Source of the DNA: Dehalococcoidia bacterium
GTDB taxonomy: Bacteria; Chloroflexota; Dehalococcoidia; UBA2979
Direction of reading: 5' to 3'
Assembly: GCA_009692765.1 (NCBI GenBank)
Contig: SHYQ01000002.1
Location: forward strand, 12,476-76,475
DNA length: 64,000 nt
The notes beneath the pieces are model-generated. The model ran no database searches and was not told the origin of the DNA. It saw only the letters and a program-made list of their open reading frames with translations. Positions within the stretch are counted from its first letter, which is position 1; the number at the start of each line of letters is the position of its first letter. The position numbers and the translations under genes were made by a program. Positions 18,000 to 26,944 of this stretch are shown piece by piece.

Positions 18000-18136
18000 G
18001 CCCGTGCTCCTTCGTCACCGCCCAGGTTCCTCAGCACGCGTTCCTCGGCACGCTGGGCGCTCAGGGTGACAGGATAGGCGAGCCCTCCTGACGGGGGATA
18101 GCCGCGCGGCGTCCGAGGGCGGGCGGCGAGAGCGAG

Positions 18137-18646
18137 GTGCGGGCGATGGCGGACTGGCGCGACTACCTCGGCCTCAGCGATGCGGAGCTCTTCGAGCAGT
18201 GCGAGTTCGACCGCTTCCGCGCGAGCGGTCCCGGTGGTCAGAAGAAGAACAAGACGGCCTCCGCGGTGCGGCTCCGCCATCGCCCGACCGGCCTCACCGG
18301 CGAGGCCGTCGAGGAGCGCTCGCAGCACCTAAACCGCGCTCGCGCGCTGCGCCGGCTGCGCATGGAGATCGCGTACGGCCTGCGCGCGCCTGTGGACGTG
18401 GAGGCCGGCCCGCCGGAAGTGTCCTTCGGCCTGCCGAGCGCGCGTAACCCCGCCTACCCGCCCGCGGTCGCGCACCTCTTCGACGTGCTGGAGGCGTGCG
18501 GCTGGCGGCTCGCCGAGGCCGCGCCGCACCTCGGCATCACGACTGCGCGCCTCGGCCGCGCCCTCGCGCGCGAGGAGGCGCTGTTCCGCGCGGTCAGCGA
18601 GCGCCGCCAGGGCCTCGGCCTGCCGGCGCTCAACGCGGAGCGGTAG
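18137..18646 (+). CDS. RF-1 domain (GGQ) peptidyl-tRNA hydrolase, ArfB/release-factor-like
   Basis: [26 protein letters not shown]...[18 protein letters not shown] motif and RF-1 domain pattern. The C-terminal half is unassigned. Confidence 0.75.
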   Translation: MRAMADWRDYLGLSDAELFEQCEFDRFRASGPGGQKKNKTASAVRLRHRPTGLTGEAVEERSQHLNRARALRRLRMEIAYGLRAPVDVEAGPPEVSFGLPSARNPAYPPAVAHLFDVLEACGWRLAEAAPHLGITTARLGRALAREEALFRAVSERRQGLGLPALNAER

Positions 18647-18654
18647 CGGCCCCG

Positions 18655-19195
18655 AGGGCTGACGTCGCGCGCGTCGAGGTGCTTGCGACGGGGCGGCCCC
18701 CCGCCCCCTCCTGGCGCGGGACGCGGAACCCTCACCCCCGGCCCCTCTCCCGCTTCGCAGGAGAGGGGAGTGAGCAGTCAGAAGGGTGGTGCGAGGGTGC
18801 TGCGCCCCTCGCGCTCCCTGCGGAGGCGTGCGCGTAAGGCGCACGCCGGAGGGGAGACGGAGCCCCGAGCCGCGTCGCGGCAGCCACGAACGGGCGGAAC
18901 GCCCTCGCGGTTCCGGCGGGACGGCGCGCGGTGGGCGCGCCTCGGAAGAGAGGGCGGCGCACTCCCTCCTCGACGCTTCGCGCGAGGGCGGAATGGGCAC
19001 CGCGAACGACCCCCTGCGGTGGCCGGTGAGTCGCGCACGCCGTGCGAGGCGGAGCGGAGCGACGCTCTCGCGACATCCCCTCCTGGAAGGAGGGGGCCGG
19101 GGGGAGGTTGACCCTCCTTCCGAAGCTCAGAACCCCCTCCCGCGCCGGGAGCGGGCAGGGGGTGGGCCGCCCCGTCAGTCCTCGAAGCCACGCGT
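18655..19195. repeat. composite hairpin-repeat block (modules A, B, D-reverse, C variants)
   Basis: Starts CGTCGAGGTGC. Module A at ~18729. Reverse module D GGCGCACGCCGGAGGGGAGACGGAGCCCCGAGCCGCGTCGCGGCAGCCACGAACGGGCGGAAC. Reverse module C near 19135. Confidence 0.85.
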
Positions 19196-19197
19196 CG

Positions 19198-19446
19198 CTA
19201 CGCGGCCTGCGGGGGCTCGAGGAGACCGCTCTGGCGCAGCATTTCCAGGCGCGCCCACTTCACGTCGCTGTACGCGATGTCCGACCAGTGCACGAGGAGT
19301 TCCGCGAAGTCGTCGCGCGAGGAGTTCTCGACCAGCCGCTCCACGATCTCCGCAAGCATGTCCGACCGGTGGCCCCGCGAGAGGTCGCGGAACCAGGGCA
19401 GGCGCCCCAGCACCTCGTGCAGCTCAGGGAGGTTGGGGATGTCCAT
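19198..19446 (-). CDS. hypothetical small protein (82 aa) downstream of the clpS pair
   Basis: MDIPNLPELHEVLGRLPWFRDLSRGHRSDMLAEIVERL... has no recognised family. It lies 57 nt downstream of clpS on the same strand. Start uncertain; the ORF is open to 19581. Confidence 0.4.
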   Translation of the reverse strand: MDIPNLPELHEVLGRLPWFRDLSRGHRSDMLAEIVERLVENSSRDDFAELLVHWSDIAYSDVKWARLEMLRQSGLLEPPQAA

Positions 19447-19502
19447 GCCGCCATCGTCGGAAGCTGCGGCGCAGATCTTGAGGGGTAACCCTCCGTTTGC
19501 GC

Positions 19503-19808
19503 TCAAGATCGCCGGATCGTCGCCGTCAGCCCGTGCCGTTCGAGGCGGTCGCGGTACAGCTCCGCCCGTTCGAGGGGGCACGCGATGACGTCCGCCTCGC
19601 CGTGGTGGTGCGCGGCCAGCATCACCTCCACGGCGCGCTCGGCCTCGAGTTCGGGGACGCTGTCGAGCAGCGCGTGGACGACGTGCTCCATCGAGTTCAC
19701 GTCGTCGTTGTGCAGCACCACCGTCGCCGGCGGCAGCGTCTCCGCGATCGGGCGGAGGACGCCCGCGGGCGTCGCCGGGGGCCGCGTCGCGGGCGGTCGG
19801 GTGGTCAC
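19503..19808 (-). CDS. clpS: ATP-dependent Clp protease adaptor ClpS
   Basis: VVLHNDDVNSMEHVVHALLDSVPELEAERAVEVMLAAHHHGEADVIACPLERAELYRDRL. The GTG start overlaps the upstream stop (GTGA at 19805-19808). Confidence 0.85.
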   Translation of the reverse strand: MTTRPPATRPPATPAGVLRPIAETLPPATVVLHNDDVNSMEHVVHALLDSVPELEAERAVEVMLAAHHHGEADVIACPLERAELYRDRLERHGLTATIRRS

Positions 19809-20173
19809 GCCGTGTCCGTCTGCTCGACGACGGCCGACATCGAGCCCTTGCAGCGCGGGATGCGCGGGTCGGCGCCGTAGGCGTGCACCTGCGACTGCTT
19901 CGCCTCGCACGCCTCGCGCTCGCCGGTCATCAGCGTGACGCGCCCGTCGGTGTCCACGATGCGCGCGAGGGCGAACGCCTTGTCGCGCGCGTAGCCGAAG
20001 ACGTGCGCGAGCATCTCCAGCACGTACTCGTAGGTGTGGTCGTCGTCGTCGAGGAGCACCAGGCGCCAGAGCCGCGCGGGCTCCGGCCGCGGCGCCTCGC
20101 GCACCGTGCGCGTAGGCGTCGTCGAGGGGCGCGTCGAGGGCGTGACGGCGAGGGGAGACATTCGCGGCACCAT
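19805..20173 (-). CDS. ClpS-like adaptor paralog
   Basis: WRLVLLDDDDHTYEYVLEMLAHVFGYARDKAFALARIVDTDGRVTLMTGEREACEAKQSQVHAYGADPRIPRCKGSMSAVVE, a ClpS fold pattern of the second (ClpS2-like) type. Confidence 0.8.
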   Translation of the reverse strand: MVPRMSPLAVTPSTRPSTTPTRTVREAPRPEPARLWRLVLLDDDDHTYEYVLEMLAHVFGYARDKAFALARIVDTDGRVTLMTGEREACEAKQSQVHAYGADPRIPRCKGSMSAVVEQTDTA

Positions 20174-20184
20174 TCTGCGACCCC

Positions 20185-20880
20185 ATTCTGGGGCATCGTG
20201 CGCCCGCTGCGCGCGCTCTGTGCGGGAGCGTTCCGCCCGTTCGTGGCTGCCGCGACGCGCCTCGAGGCTCCGTCGCCCCTCCGGCGTGCGCCTACCGCGC
20301 GCCGTTCCGCCGGGAGCGCGAGGTGGTTCCCCCCTTCGTGGCTGCCGCGACGCGCCTCGGGGCTCCGTCTCCCGTCCGGCGTCCGCCTCGAGCGCACGCC
20401 TCCGCCCGTTCGTGGCTGCCGCGACGCGGCTCGGGGCTCCGTCTCCCCTCCGGCGTGTGCCTCACGCGCACGCCGGAGGGGAGCGCGAGGGGCGCAGCCC
20501 CCTCGCATCACACTTCTGACTGCTGACTCCCCTCTCCTGCGAAGCGGGAGAGGGGCCGGGGGTGAGGGTTCCGCCTCCCGCGCCGGGAGGGGGCAGGGGT
20601 GGGCCGCCCACCGCAAGTCCTCGACGCGCGCGAAGCACCTCCACAGGCTCCGTCTCCCCTCCGGCGTGCGCCTCACGCGCACGCCTCCGCCGGGAGCGCG
20701 AGGCGCGCAGCCCCCTCGCATCACATTCTGACTGCTGACTCCCCTCTCCTGCGAAGCGGGAGAGGGGCCGGGGGTGAGGGTTCCGCTTCCCGCGCCTCGC
20801 GGGGGCGGGGGGTGGCCGCCCCGCCGCACGGACCTCGACGCGCGCGGGGCCCCTGCGACCCATTGTCGCCCGCGCGGCAC
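20185..20880. repeat. largest composite repeat block: module D x3 in tandem plus a duplicated B-A-C segment
   Basis: Module D at ~20236, 20333 and 20406. The segment ~20455-20610 is repeated at ~20655-20825. Module A reverse at 20527 and 20739. Confidence 0.9.
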
Positions 20881-21007
20881 TCGCGTATCAACGGACGGGA
20901 CGGGTCGCACTCGGGCGTGCGTCGAGGGGGCTCGGGCCCACGCGGCCTCACGAGCGCGGGACCGTCGCTCCGGCCTTCGGCGTCGGGCGTCGCGTGCGGG
21001 GAGAAGC

Positions 21008-21940
21008 ATGGACCAGCGCGCACCCCTCGGCGTCATCCTCACCGGCGGCCGCGCCACGCGGCTGCGCCCGCTGTCCGAGGAGATGCCGAAGTCGCTCATC
21101 CCGCTGCTCAACCGCCCGCTGATCGCCTACGCGGTCGATCTGCTCGCGGCGGCCGGCTTGCGCGAGATCGTCGTCGTGGTGGGGCCGGACGACGACCGCA
21201 CCGGCCCCGCGGCCGTCGCCGCCGCGCCCCCCGGCGTCGAGGTCAGCGTGGCGGTGCAGCGCGAGCCGAAGGGCTCCGGCGACGCGCTGACCAGCGCGGG
21301 CGACCGCCTCGCAGGGCGGCACGTCATCGTACTGGCCGTGGACACGATTCTGCGCGGCGACCTACGTCCGCACATCGAGGCGTTCGTGGCGTCCTCGATG
21401 GACGCGTGGTTCGTGCTGCACGAGACCGACCGCCCGCGCGAGATGGGGATCGTGGTGCTTGAGGGCGACCGGGTCGTGCACCTCGACGAGAAGCCGGCGG
21501 AGCCGCGCTCGAACCTCGCGCTTGTGGGCGTCTGGATGGTCGCGCCGCGCGTGGTGCAGGAGATGCGCGCGCACCCGCTGGTGAGCCCGCGCGGGGAGGT
21601 GGAGCTGTCCGGCACGCTGCAGGTGATGCACGCCGCGGGCCGCCCGATGGGCGGCAGCGTCTTCGCGGGCGACTGGCTGGACGCCGGCACGCTGCCCGCG
21701 CTGATCGCGACGCAGGGCGCGCTCCTCGCCGCTCCCGAGCATGGCGGCCGCGCCACGCTGGTCGCGCCGGACGCCACCGTCGAGGAATGCACGCTCGGCC
21801 CGAACGTCGTCGTGGGGGCGGGCGCGGCGCTGCGCCGCGTGACGCTCAGCCACGCGCTGGTCGTGGCCGGCGCGCACCTCGAGGGCGTGCAGGCGTCGCA
21901 CGTCATCGTCATGGGCGACGGACAGGTGGTGTCGGCGTGA
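21008..21940 (+). CDS. sugar-phosphate nucleotidyltransferase (NTP_transferase + left-handed beta-helix C-terminus)
   Basis: GVILTGGRATRLRPLSEEMPKSLIPLLNRPLI... and EKPAEPRSNLALVGVW. ATG 21008 chosen within the 388-aa track ORF. Confidence 0.8.
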   Translation: MDQRAPLGVILTGGRATRLRPLSEEMPKSLIPLLNRPLIAYAVDLLAAAGLREIVVVVGPDDDRTGPAAVAAAPPGVEVSVAVQREPKGSGDALTSAGDRLAGRHVIVLAVDTILRGDLRPHIEAFVASSMDAWFVLHETDRPREMGIVVLEGDRVVHLDEKPAEPRSNLALVGVWMVAPRVVQEMRAHPLVSPRGEVELSGTLQVMHAAGRPMGGSVFAGDWLDAGTLPALIATQGALLAAPEHGGRATLVAPDATVEECTLGPNVVVGAGAALRRVTLSHALVVAGAHLEGVQASHVIVMGDGQVVSA

Positions 21941-23130
21941 CGGGTATGGGCGGAGGCACCGGCACCCTCGACGCCCCTCTGGACGCGGAGATCGTGATCG
22001 TCGGCGCGGGCGTCGTCGGGCTCGCCATCGCGCAGCGGCTCGCCGCGGACGGCCGCTCGCTAGTGGTGGTCGAGCGGCACGAGGGCTTCTCGCGCGAAAC
22101 GTCCTCGCACAACAGCGGCGTGGTGCACGCGTCGATCTACTACGAGACCGGGTCGCTCAAGCACCGGCTCTGCTGGGAGGGCAACGCGCGCCTCTACGCG
22201 TGGGCGGACGCGCACTCCGTGCCCGTGCGGCGCACCGGCAAACTCATCGTGGCACTCGCCGAGGAGGAGCGCGCCGGCCTCGACGAGGTGTACCGGCAGG
22301 CGGTCGCGAACGAGGTGCGCGGCGTCGAGCGCATCACCGGCGCGCGCGCGCGCGCGCTGGAGCCGCACGTCCCCACCGTGGAGGCGGTGTGGTCGCCGAG
22401 CACCGGCGTCGTCGACGCGTACGCCCTCGCGCGGTCGTACGCGGCGGAGGCGCTCGCCCACGACGCGCTGATCGTCTACCGCCACACGCTCGTCGAGGCG
22501 GAGCGCGTGGCGGGCGGCTTCGCGCTGACGCTGCGCGACGCCGACGGTGCGACCTCGACGTTGCGCTGCGCGGCGCTGGTGAACAGCGCAGGCCTCGCCG
22601 CCGCGAGCGTCGCCGCGCTGCTCGGCTACCCCCTGGACGGTGGCGTGCTCGATGGCGTCTCCGACGTCGAGGCGCCGCTGCTGCGGCAGACGGCGAACCG
22701 TGGCCGCTACTACGACATCGTGGACGCCGCGGTCGCACGGCTCGTGTCGCGGCCGGTGTACCCGCTGCCGGAGCACGCCGCGGGCGGCCTGGGCGTGCAC
22801 CTCACCGTGGACACCGAGGGGGGACTGCACCTTGGGCCCGCGACGGAGTGGATGGCCGAGGACGAGCCGCTGGACTACCTCAACCTCGACGACGCAGAGC
22901 GCCGCGCGACGTTCCTGCGCGCGGGGCAGCGCTTCCTGCCCGCGCTGCGCGACGACCAGATCGCGCCGGGGCAGGTGGGCTACCGCCCGAAGGTGCAGCG
23001 GCCCGGCGAGGGCATCGCCGACTTCCTCGTCTGGCACGACCGCGGCTACGTGCACCTCGGCGGCATCGAGTCGCCGGGCCTCACGGCGAGCCTGCCGCTC
23101 GCCGACCTCGTCGCCGCAGCGTTAGGCTGA
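21937..23130 (+). CDS. FAD-dependent oxidoreductase, L-2-hydroxyglutarate oxidase (LhgO)-like
   Basis: IVIVGAGVVGLAIAQRLA (GxGxxG), ETSSHNSGVVHASIYYETGSLK, C-terminal GIESPGLTASL. The GTG overlaps the upstream stop (GTGA at 21937-21940); alternative ATG at 21946. Confidence 0.8.
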   Translation: MTGMGGGTGTLDAPLDAEIVIVGAGVVGLAIAQRLAADGRSLVVVERHEGFSRETSSHNSGVVHASIYYETGSLKHRLCWEGNARLYAWADAHSVPVRRTGKLIVALAEEERAGLDEVYRQAVANEVRGVERITGARARALEPHVPTVEAVWSPSTGVVDAYALARSYAAEALAHDALIVYRHTLVEAERVAGGFALTLRDADGATSTLRCAALVNSAGLAAASVAALLGYPLDGGVLDGVSDVEAPLLRQTANRGRYYDIVDAAVARLVSRPVYPLPEHAAGGLGVHLTVDTEGGLHLGPATEWMAEDEPLDYLNLDDAERRATFLRAGQRFLPALRDDQIAPGQVGYRPKVQRPGEGIADFLVWHDRGYVHLGGIESPGLTASLPLADLVAAALG

Positions 23131-23396
23131 CCGGGATGGGCCCACTCGAAGATCCCGGCCGGTTCTACTGACTGTGCTTCTCAGAGATGGCTCGCCGGGC
23201 TCGTCGCGTCGGCGCTCCGCTGAGGGCACCGCGAGCGACACGCCCCCGCTCGAGGAGTCTCGCCCTCGTCGCCACCTCGTCGCCGCGGCGCTAGGCTGTC
23301 GGGCATGGGCCCACTCGAAGATCCCGGCCGGTTCTAATGACTGTGCTTCTCAGAGATGGCTCGCCGACCTCGTCGCAGCGGCGTTAGGCTGAGGGC
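23098..23396. repeat. local tandem duplications of the junction between the oxidoreductase 3' end and a small-ORF 5' end
   Basis: CTCGCCGACCTCGTCGCNGCNGCGTTAGGCTGA recurs at ~23098, ~23193 (degenerate), ~23270 and ~23362. ATGGGCCCACTCGARGATCC recurs at 23136, ~23306 and 23397. Confidence 0.85.
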
Positions 23397-23510
23397 ATGG
23401 GCCCACTCGAGGATCCTGGGCGGTACTACTGGAAGTGGCTCGCCATCGGTGGGGGGCTGCTGATCGTCTACGCGATCGAGCGCACCATCCGCACCGGCGC
23501 GCTCTTCTAG
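23397..23510 (+). CDS. candidate 37-aa single-TM small protein
   Basis: MGPLEDPGRYYWKWLAIGGGLLIVYAIERTIRTGALF*. Not in the ORF track (too short). Two upstream duplicated 5' ends are truncated after 10-11 codons. Confidence 0.35.
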   Translation: MGPLEDPGRYYWKWLAIGGGLLIVYAIERTIRTGALF

Positions 23511-23525
23511 GCCTCGGCTCGTTCG

Positions 23526-23999
23526 ATGCAGCTGCGCCTCGACCCGATCACCGCTGAGAACTGGGGCGCCGCGGTTGCCATCGAGGTCGCCGACGATCAG
23601 CGCCGCTTCCTCACGACGCCCGCGGTCGCTGATTTTCTCGCGGACGATGCCGCGCATCCGACGTTCACGTCGTACCTCATCTGCGACGGTGCGACGCCGG
23701 TCGGGTTCGTGAGTCTCGGACACACGCCGCTCGATACCGCGGAGTGGTCGATGCCCTTGCTGATCATCGATCGGGTGCAGCGGCGTCGCGGCTACGGCCG
23801 GGCCGCGATGGAGGGGGTGATCGGGCACGTCCGCGGGGCGTTGCCGGCGCCGCGCGTTCTCGGCCTCTTGTGCCACCGCCACAATGTCGTCGCCCAACAC
23901 CTCTACACGAGCCTCGGCTTCGCGCAGGCCGGCGCCCCCGAGGATGGCGACGCGGAACTCAAGTTCCGACTCGACCTGTTCACGGAGACAAGCACATGA
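23526..23999 (+). CDS. GNAT family N-acetyltransferase
   Basis: IDRVQRRRGYGRAAMEGVI... (Q/RxxGxG/A acetyl-CoA motif) and HNVVAQHLYTSLGF. Confidence 0.8.
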   Translation: MQLRLDPITAENWGAAVAIEVADDQRRFLTTPAVADFLADDAAHPTFTSYLICDGATPVGFVSLGHTPLDTAEWSMPLLIIDRVQRRRGYGRAAMEGVIGHVRGALPAPRVLGLLCHRHNVVAQHLYTSLGFAQAGAPEDGDAELKFRLDLFTETST

Positions 24000-25057
24000 C
24001 CTGCGAGCGGATGACCGCCCTCGAGGTGTGGTGGCGCGCCTTCGCCCCGCCCGAGGCCGTCGATTCCGCCCGCGCGCTCTACGCGCTGACGCCGCGCTGG
24101 TCGAGCGGCAACCTCCCCTTCGTCGACGTCCCCTATGACCCCGCGCGCGTGGCGCACTGGGCGGACGCCGCCCGCGTCGCGGACTACGCCGCCGCACTCC
24201 CGTCCGGCGGCACGCGCATCCTCGACTTCGGTCCCGGCGACGGGTGGCCCGCGCTGCCGCTGGCCGCGGCGCTGCCGCGCGCGCGCGTCGTCGGCGTCGA
24301 CCCCGCGCCGCGCCGCGTCGAGGTATGCGTGGCGAACGCGCGCCGGCTCGCCCTCGGCAACGCGGCGTTCGCCACCGGCGACGGCGCGGCGCTGCCGTTC
24401 GCGAGCGCGTCGTTCGACCTCGTCACCGCGTCCCAGTCGCTCGAGGAGACGCGCGACCCCTCGGCGGTGCTCGCGGAGATCGCGCGTGTGCTGCGGCCCG
24501 GCGGCGTGCTACGCGCGTCGTACCAGGTGTGGACGCTCCCGGCGCGCCGCTTCGAGACGGTCACGCTCGTCGAGGGCCGCGACCTCGATGGCGCGGACGC
24601 GCTGCTCTACACGTACGCGGTGCGCTGCCAGGAGCCGCCGCGCGAGCGGCGCTACGTGCTCGTGCTGCCGCGCGAGGGCGAGGCGGCTGCGGTCCACGCG
24701 CAGGCGCTGGTTGCCTCGGCGGACGCGCCGCGCGCCTACGGCGAGACGCTGCTGACGCGCCGGTCGCCCCTCGGCGCGCCGCTGCTGCGCCACCTCGCCC
24801 CGTTCGCGCGGCGCTCGTACGTCGTGGAGCTGCACCGCTGGACCACGGCGTGGCTCGTGCAGGCGCTGCGGCGCGCGGGGTTCGCGGAGGTGCGCGCGAC
24901 GGTGCACGCGGGCGACCTCGCGCGGTCGTTCGCGCGCGCGGCGATCGCGCGCGGCGACCTGGACGCGCTCGCGCCGCACTTCGAGGTGATCACGCGCGCG
25001 CTCGGCGAGGCCGCGGCGCAGCAGCCCGGCGAGTCGATGGTGACGGCGGTGCGGTAG
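23996..25057 (+). CDS. class I SAM-dependent methyltransferase
   Basis: RILDFGPGDGWPALPLA (motif I), FDLVTASQSLEE, VLRPGGVL. The ATG overlaps the GNAT stop (ATGA at 23996-23999). Confidence 0.8.
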   Translation: MTCERMTALEVWWRAFAPPEAVDSARALYALTPRWSSGNLPFVDVPYDPARVAHWADAARVADYAAALPSGGTRILDFGPGDGWPALPLAAALPRARVVGVDPAPRRVEVCVANARRLALGNAAFATGDGAALPFASASFDLVTASQSLEETRDPSAVLAEIARVLRPGGVLRASYQVWTLPARRFETVTLVEGRDLDGADALLYTYAVRCQEPPRERRYVLVLPREGEAAAVHAQALVASADAPRAYGETLLTRRSPLGAPLLRHLAPFARRSYVVELHRWTTAWLVQALRRAGFAEVRATVHAGDLARSFARAAIARGDLDALAPHFEVITRALGEAAAQQPGESMVTAVR

Positions 25058-25064
25058 CGGTCCT

Positions 25065-25228
25065 TGCGGGGGCGCCATCGAGGTGACGTAGCGCGGCGGA
25101 ACCCTCACCCCCGGCCCCTCTCCCGCGGAGCGGGAGAGGGGAGCCGGTGGCAGAAGGAGATGCGAGGGGGCTGCGCCCCTCGCGCTCCCGGCGGAACGGC
25201 GCGCGGTAGGCGCGCCTCGGAAGCGGGC
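25065..25228. repeat. hairpin-repeat block (modules A + B forward)
   Basis: CATCGAGGTGACG..., GAACCCTCACCCCCGGCCCCTCTCCCGCGGAGCGGGAGAGGGGAG..., ATGCGAGGGGGCTGCGCCCCTCGCGCTCCCGGCGGAACGGCGCGCGGTAGGCGCGCC. Confidence 0.9.
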
Positions 25229-25230
25229 GG

Positions 25231-25902
25231 CTACTCGACCAGCTCGCGGACGTGGCCGATGGTGGCATGCGGCACGAGGGCCGCGCGGTCGGGGACGGAA
25301 CGCACGAGGGCGTTGCGGACCCAGATCGACAGCACGCCGGCGGCGTTCGCCCCGGCGACGTCGGTGACGAGCGAGTCCCCGATGTGTGCCGTGCGCTCGG
25401 CGGCGACGCCCGTGAGCCCGCGGACGTGATCGAAGATCGCGCGGTCCGGCTTCTCCACGCCGACCTCGCCGGAGATCACGATCCAGTCCACGCGCTCCGC
25501 CAGTCCGAACCGCTCGATCTTCCGCCGCTGGAGCTCCGACGGGCCGTTGGTGACGATGGCGAGCCGGAAGCGCCCCGCGAGTTGCGCGAGCGTCTCCGGC
25601 GCGTCCGCCATGACCGCGGAGCCCTCGGCCATGCGGTCGAAGTAGGCGGCGCGCACGAGGTCGACCTCGGGCGCGGCGGCGAGGCCGAGATCGGCGAGGA
25701 AGTTCGCCATCCGCCCCTCGGTCGGATGGGTCGCCAGCCCGCGTTCGACGGCCGCAACGATCGTCGCGTCGAGGATGTCCGGGCGGATCGCCCGCACCGC
25801 CCGCGCCGCGGCGGCGAACCGCGCGGGCGCACCGGCCTCGGTGTCGACGAGCGTGTCGTCGAGGTCGAAGCAGAGCAGCTCGATCGTGCGACCGAAGAGC
25901 AG
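25231..25902 (-). CDS. HAD-IA family hydrolase, start codon unresolved
   Basis: Motifs IVTNG, EKPD and GDSLVTD. The catalytic motif I (LLCFDLDDTLVDT, Asp at 25864-25866) lies upstream of the first ATG/GTG/TTG (GTG 25797). The frame is open to 25959. I give the CTG at 25902 as a nominal start. Confidence 0.7.
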   Translation of the reverse strand: MLFGRTIELLCFDLDDTLVDTEAGAPARFAAAARAVRAIRPDILDATIVAAVERGLATHPTEGRMANFLADLGLAAAPEVDLVRAAYFDRMAEGSAVMADAPETLAQLAGRFRLAIVTNGPSELQRRKIERFGLAERVDWIVISGEVGVEKPDRAIFDHVRGLTGVAAERTAHIGDSLVTDVAGANAAGVLSIWVRNALVRSVPDRAALVPHATIGHVRELVE

Positions 25903-25936
25903 GCCCCCGGCGCGCTGCCGATCCTCGATGCGGAGC

Positions 25937-26866
25937 CTAGCGTCCCGCGCCGAGGCGCTTCACCACGAACGCGTCGAGCGCGGCGGCGGTGTCCTTCGGG
26001 TTGTCGCCCTGCACGTTGTGCGTCGCGCGCGGAATCACGACCGCTTCGCAGTCGCGCATCGCCTTCACGGTGGCCGCGGTGCTCTCGGGGGAGAGGATGC
26101 GGCTCACCTCGCCACGCATCAGCAGCGTGGGGGTCGTGATCACCTTCACCGCGGCCCACATCACCTCGGTGCGGGCCTTGCGTGCGGCCTCGTCCTGCGC
26201 CCCGCGGCGTCGATGGTCCTGCTTCCATGTCCAGCCGCCGTCGACCTGCTTCAGCGAGTGCAGCAGGGAGTAGCGCAGGTGCGCGGGCTTGCGGTTCGGG
26301 TTGAAGCTCACCGCGCGGTCGAGGAAGTCCTCGAAGCGCGACAGCGTCTCCGACTCGCGGCGGAACGCCTCCATGTCGCGCTGGCCCTCGGTCATGATCT
26401 CCGGCGCGACGTCGACGATCACCAGCGCGCGCAGGCGGTCGGGGTGCTTCGCGGCGTAGCGGTAGGAGTTGTTCCCGCCCATAGACATGCCGCAGAGGAT
26501 CACCTGCGGGTAGCCGAGGTGGTCGATGAACGCCTCCGTGTCACGCAGCATCAGCGCTTCGTTGTCCTCGGCGAGCTGCGCGTCCGGCGTCCACTCGGTG
26601 TCGCCGTGCCCGCGCTGGTCGAGCGCGATCATGTGGTAGTGCGGGCGCAGCAGCAGCGCGGCCATGTCCCACGTGTGCGCGGTGAGGCTGCCGCCGTGCA
26701 ACAGCACGAGGGGCGGCTTCGCGTCGTTCCCCCAGTCGAGGTAGTGCATGCGGATGCCGTTGAGCGTCACCCACTTGTCCTGCGGCGTCACGTACTCCGG
26801 CGCCCCGAGGCCGATCGCCTCGGCGCACTCGCGCATCTCCTTGAGGTATCCCGCAGTCGTCGTCAT
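25937..26866 (-). CDS. alpha/beta hydrolase
   Basis: PPLVLLHGGSLTAHTWD, nucleophile elbow CGMSMGG, C-terminal ATHNVQGDNP. ATG 26866 is preceded by GAGGAGG. Confidence 0.85.
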   Translation of the reverse strand: MTTTAGYLKEMRECAEAIGLGAPEYVTPQDKWVTLNGIRMHYLDWGNDAKPPLVLLHGGSLTAHTWDMAALLLRPHYHMIALDQRGHGDTEWTPDAQLAEDNEALMLRDTEAFIDHLGYPQVILCGMSMGGNNSYRYAAKHPDRLRALVIVDVAPEIMTEGQRDMEAFRRESETLSRFEDFLDRAVSFNPNRKPAHLRYSLLHSLKQVDGGWTWKQDHRRRGAQDEAARKARTEVMWAAVKVITTPTLLMRGEVSRILSPESTAATVKAMRDCEAVVIPRATHNVQGDNPKDTAAALDAFVVKRLGAGR

Positions 26867-26944
26867 CGTGTCCTCCTCGATCGGGCGCAGGATACGCCTC
26901 GGCGCGATGTCGAGGTGCTGGCGAGAGGCGGCGCACCTGGCGCG

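Noticed and set aside
23174-23392. 72-aa ORF ending in LADLVAAALG
   Set aside because: It is a chimera created by the junction duplications. Its C-terminus is a copy of the oxidoreductase C-terminus and the rest is out-of-frame repeat sequence.
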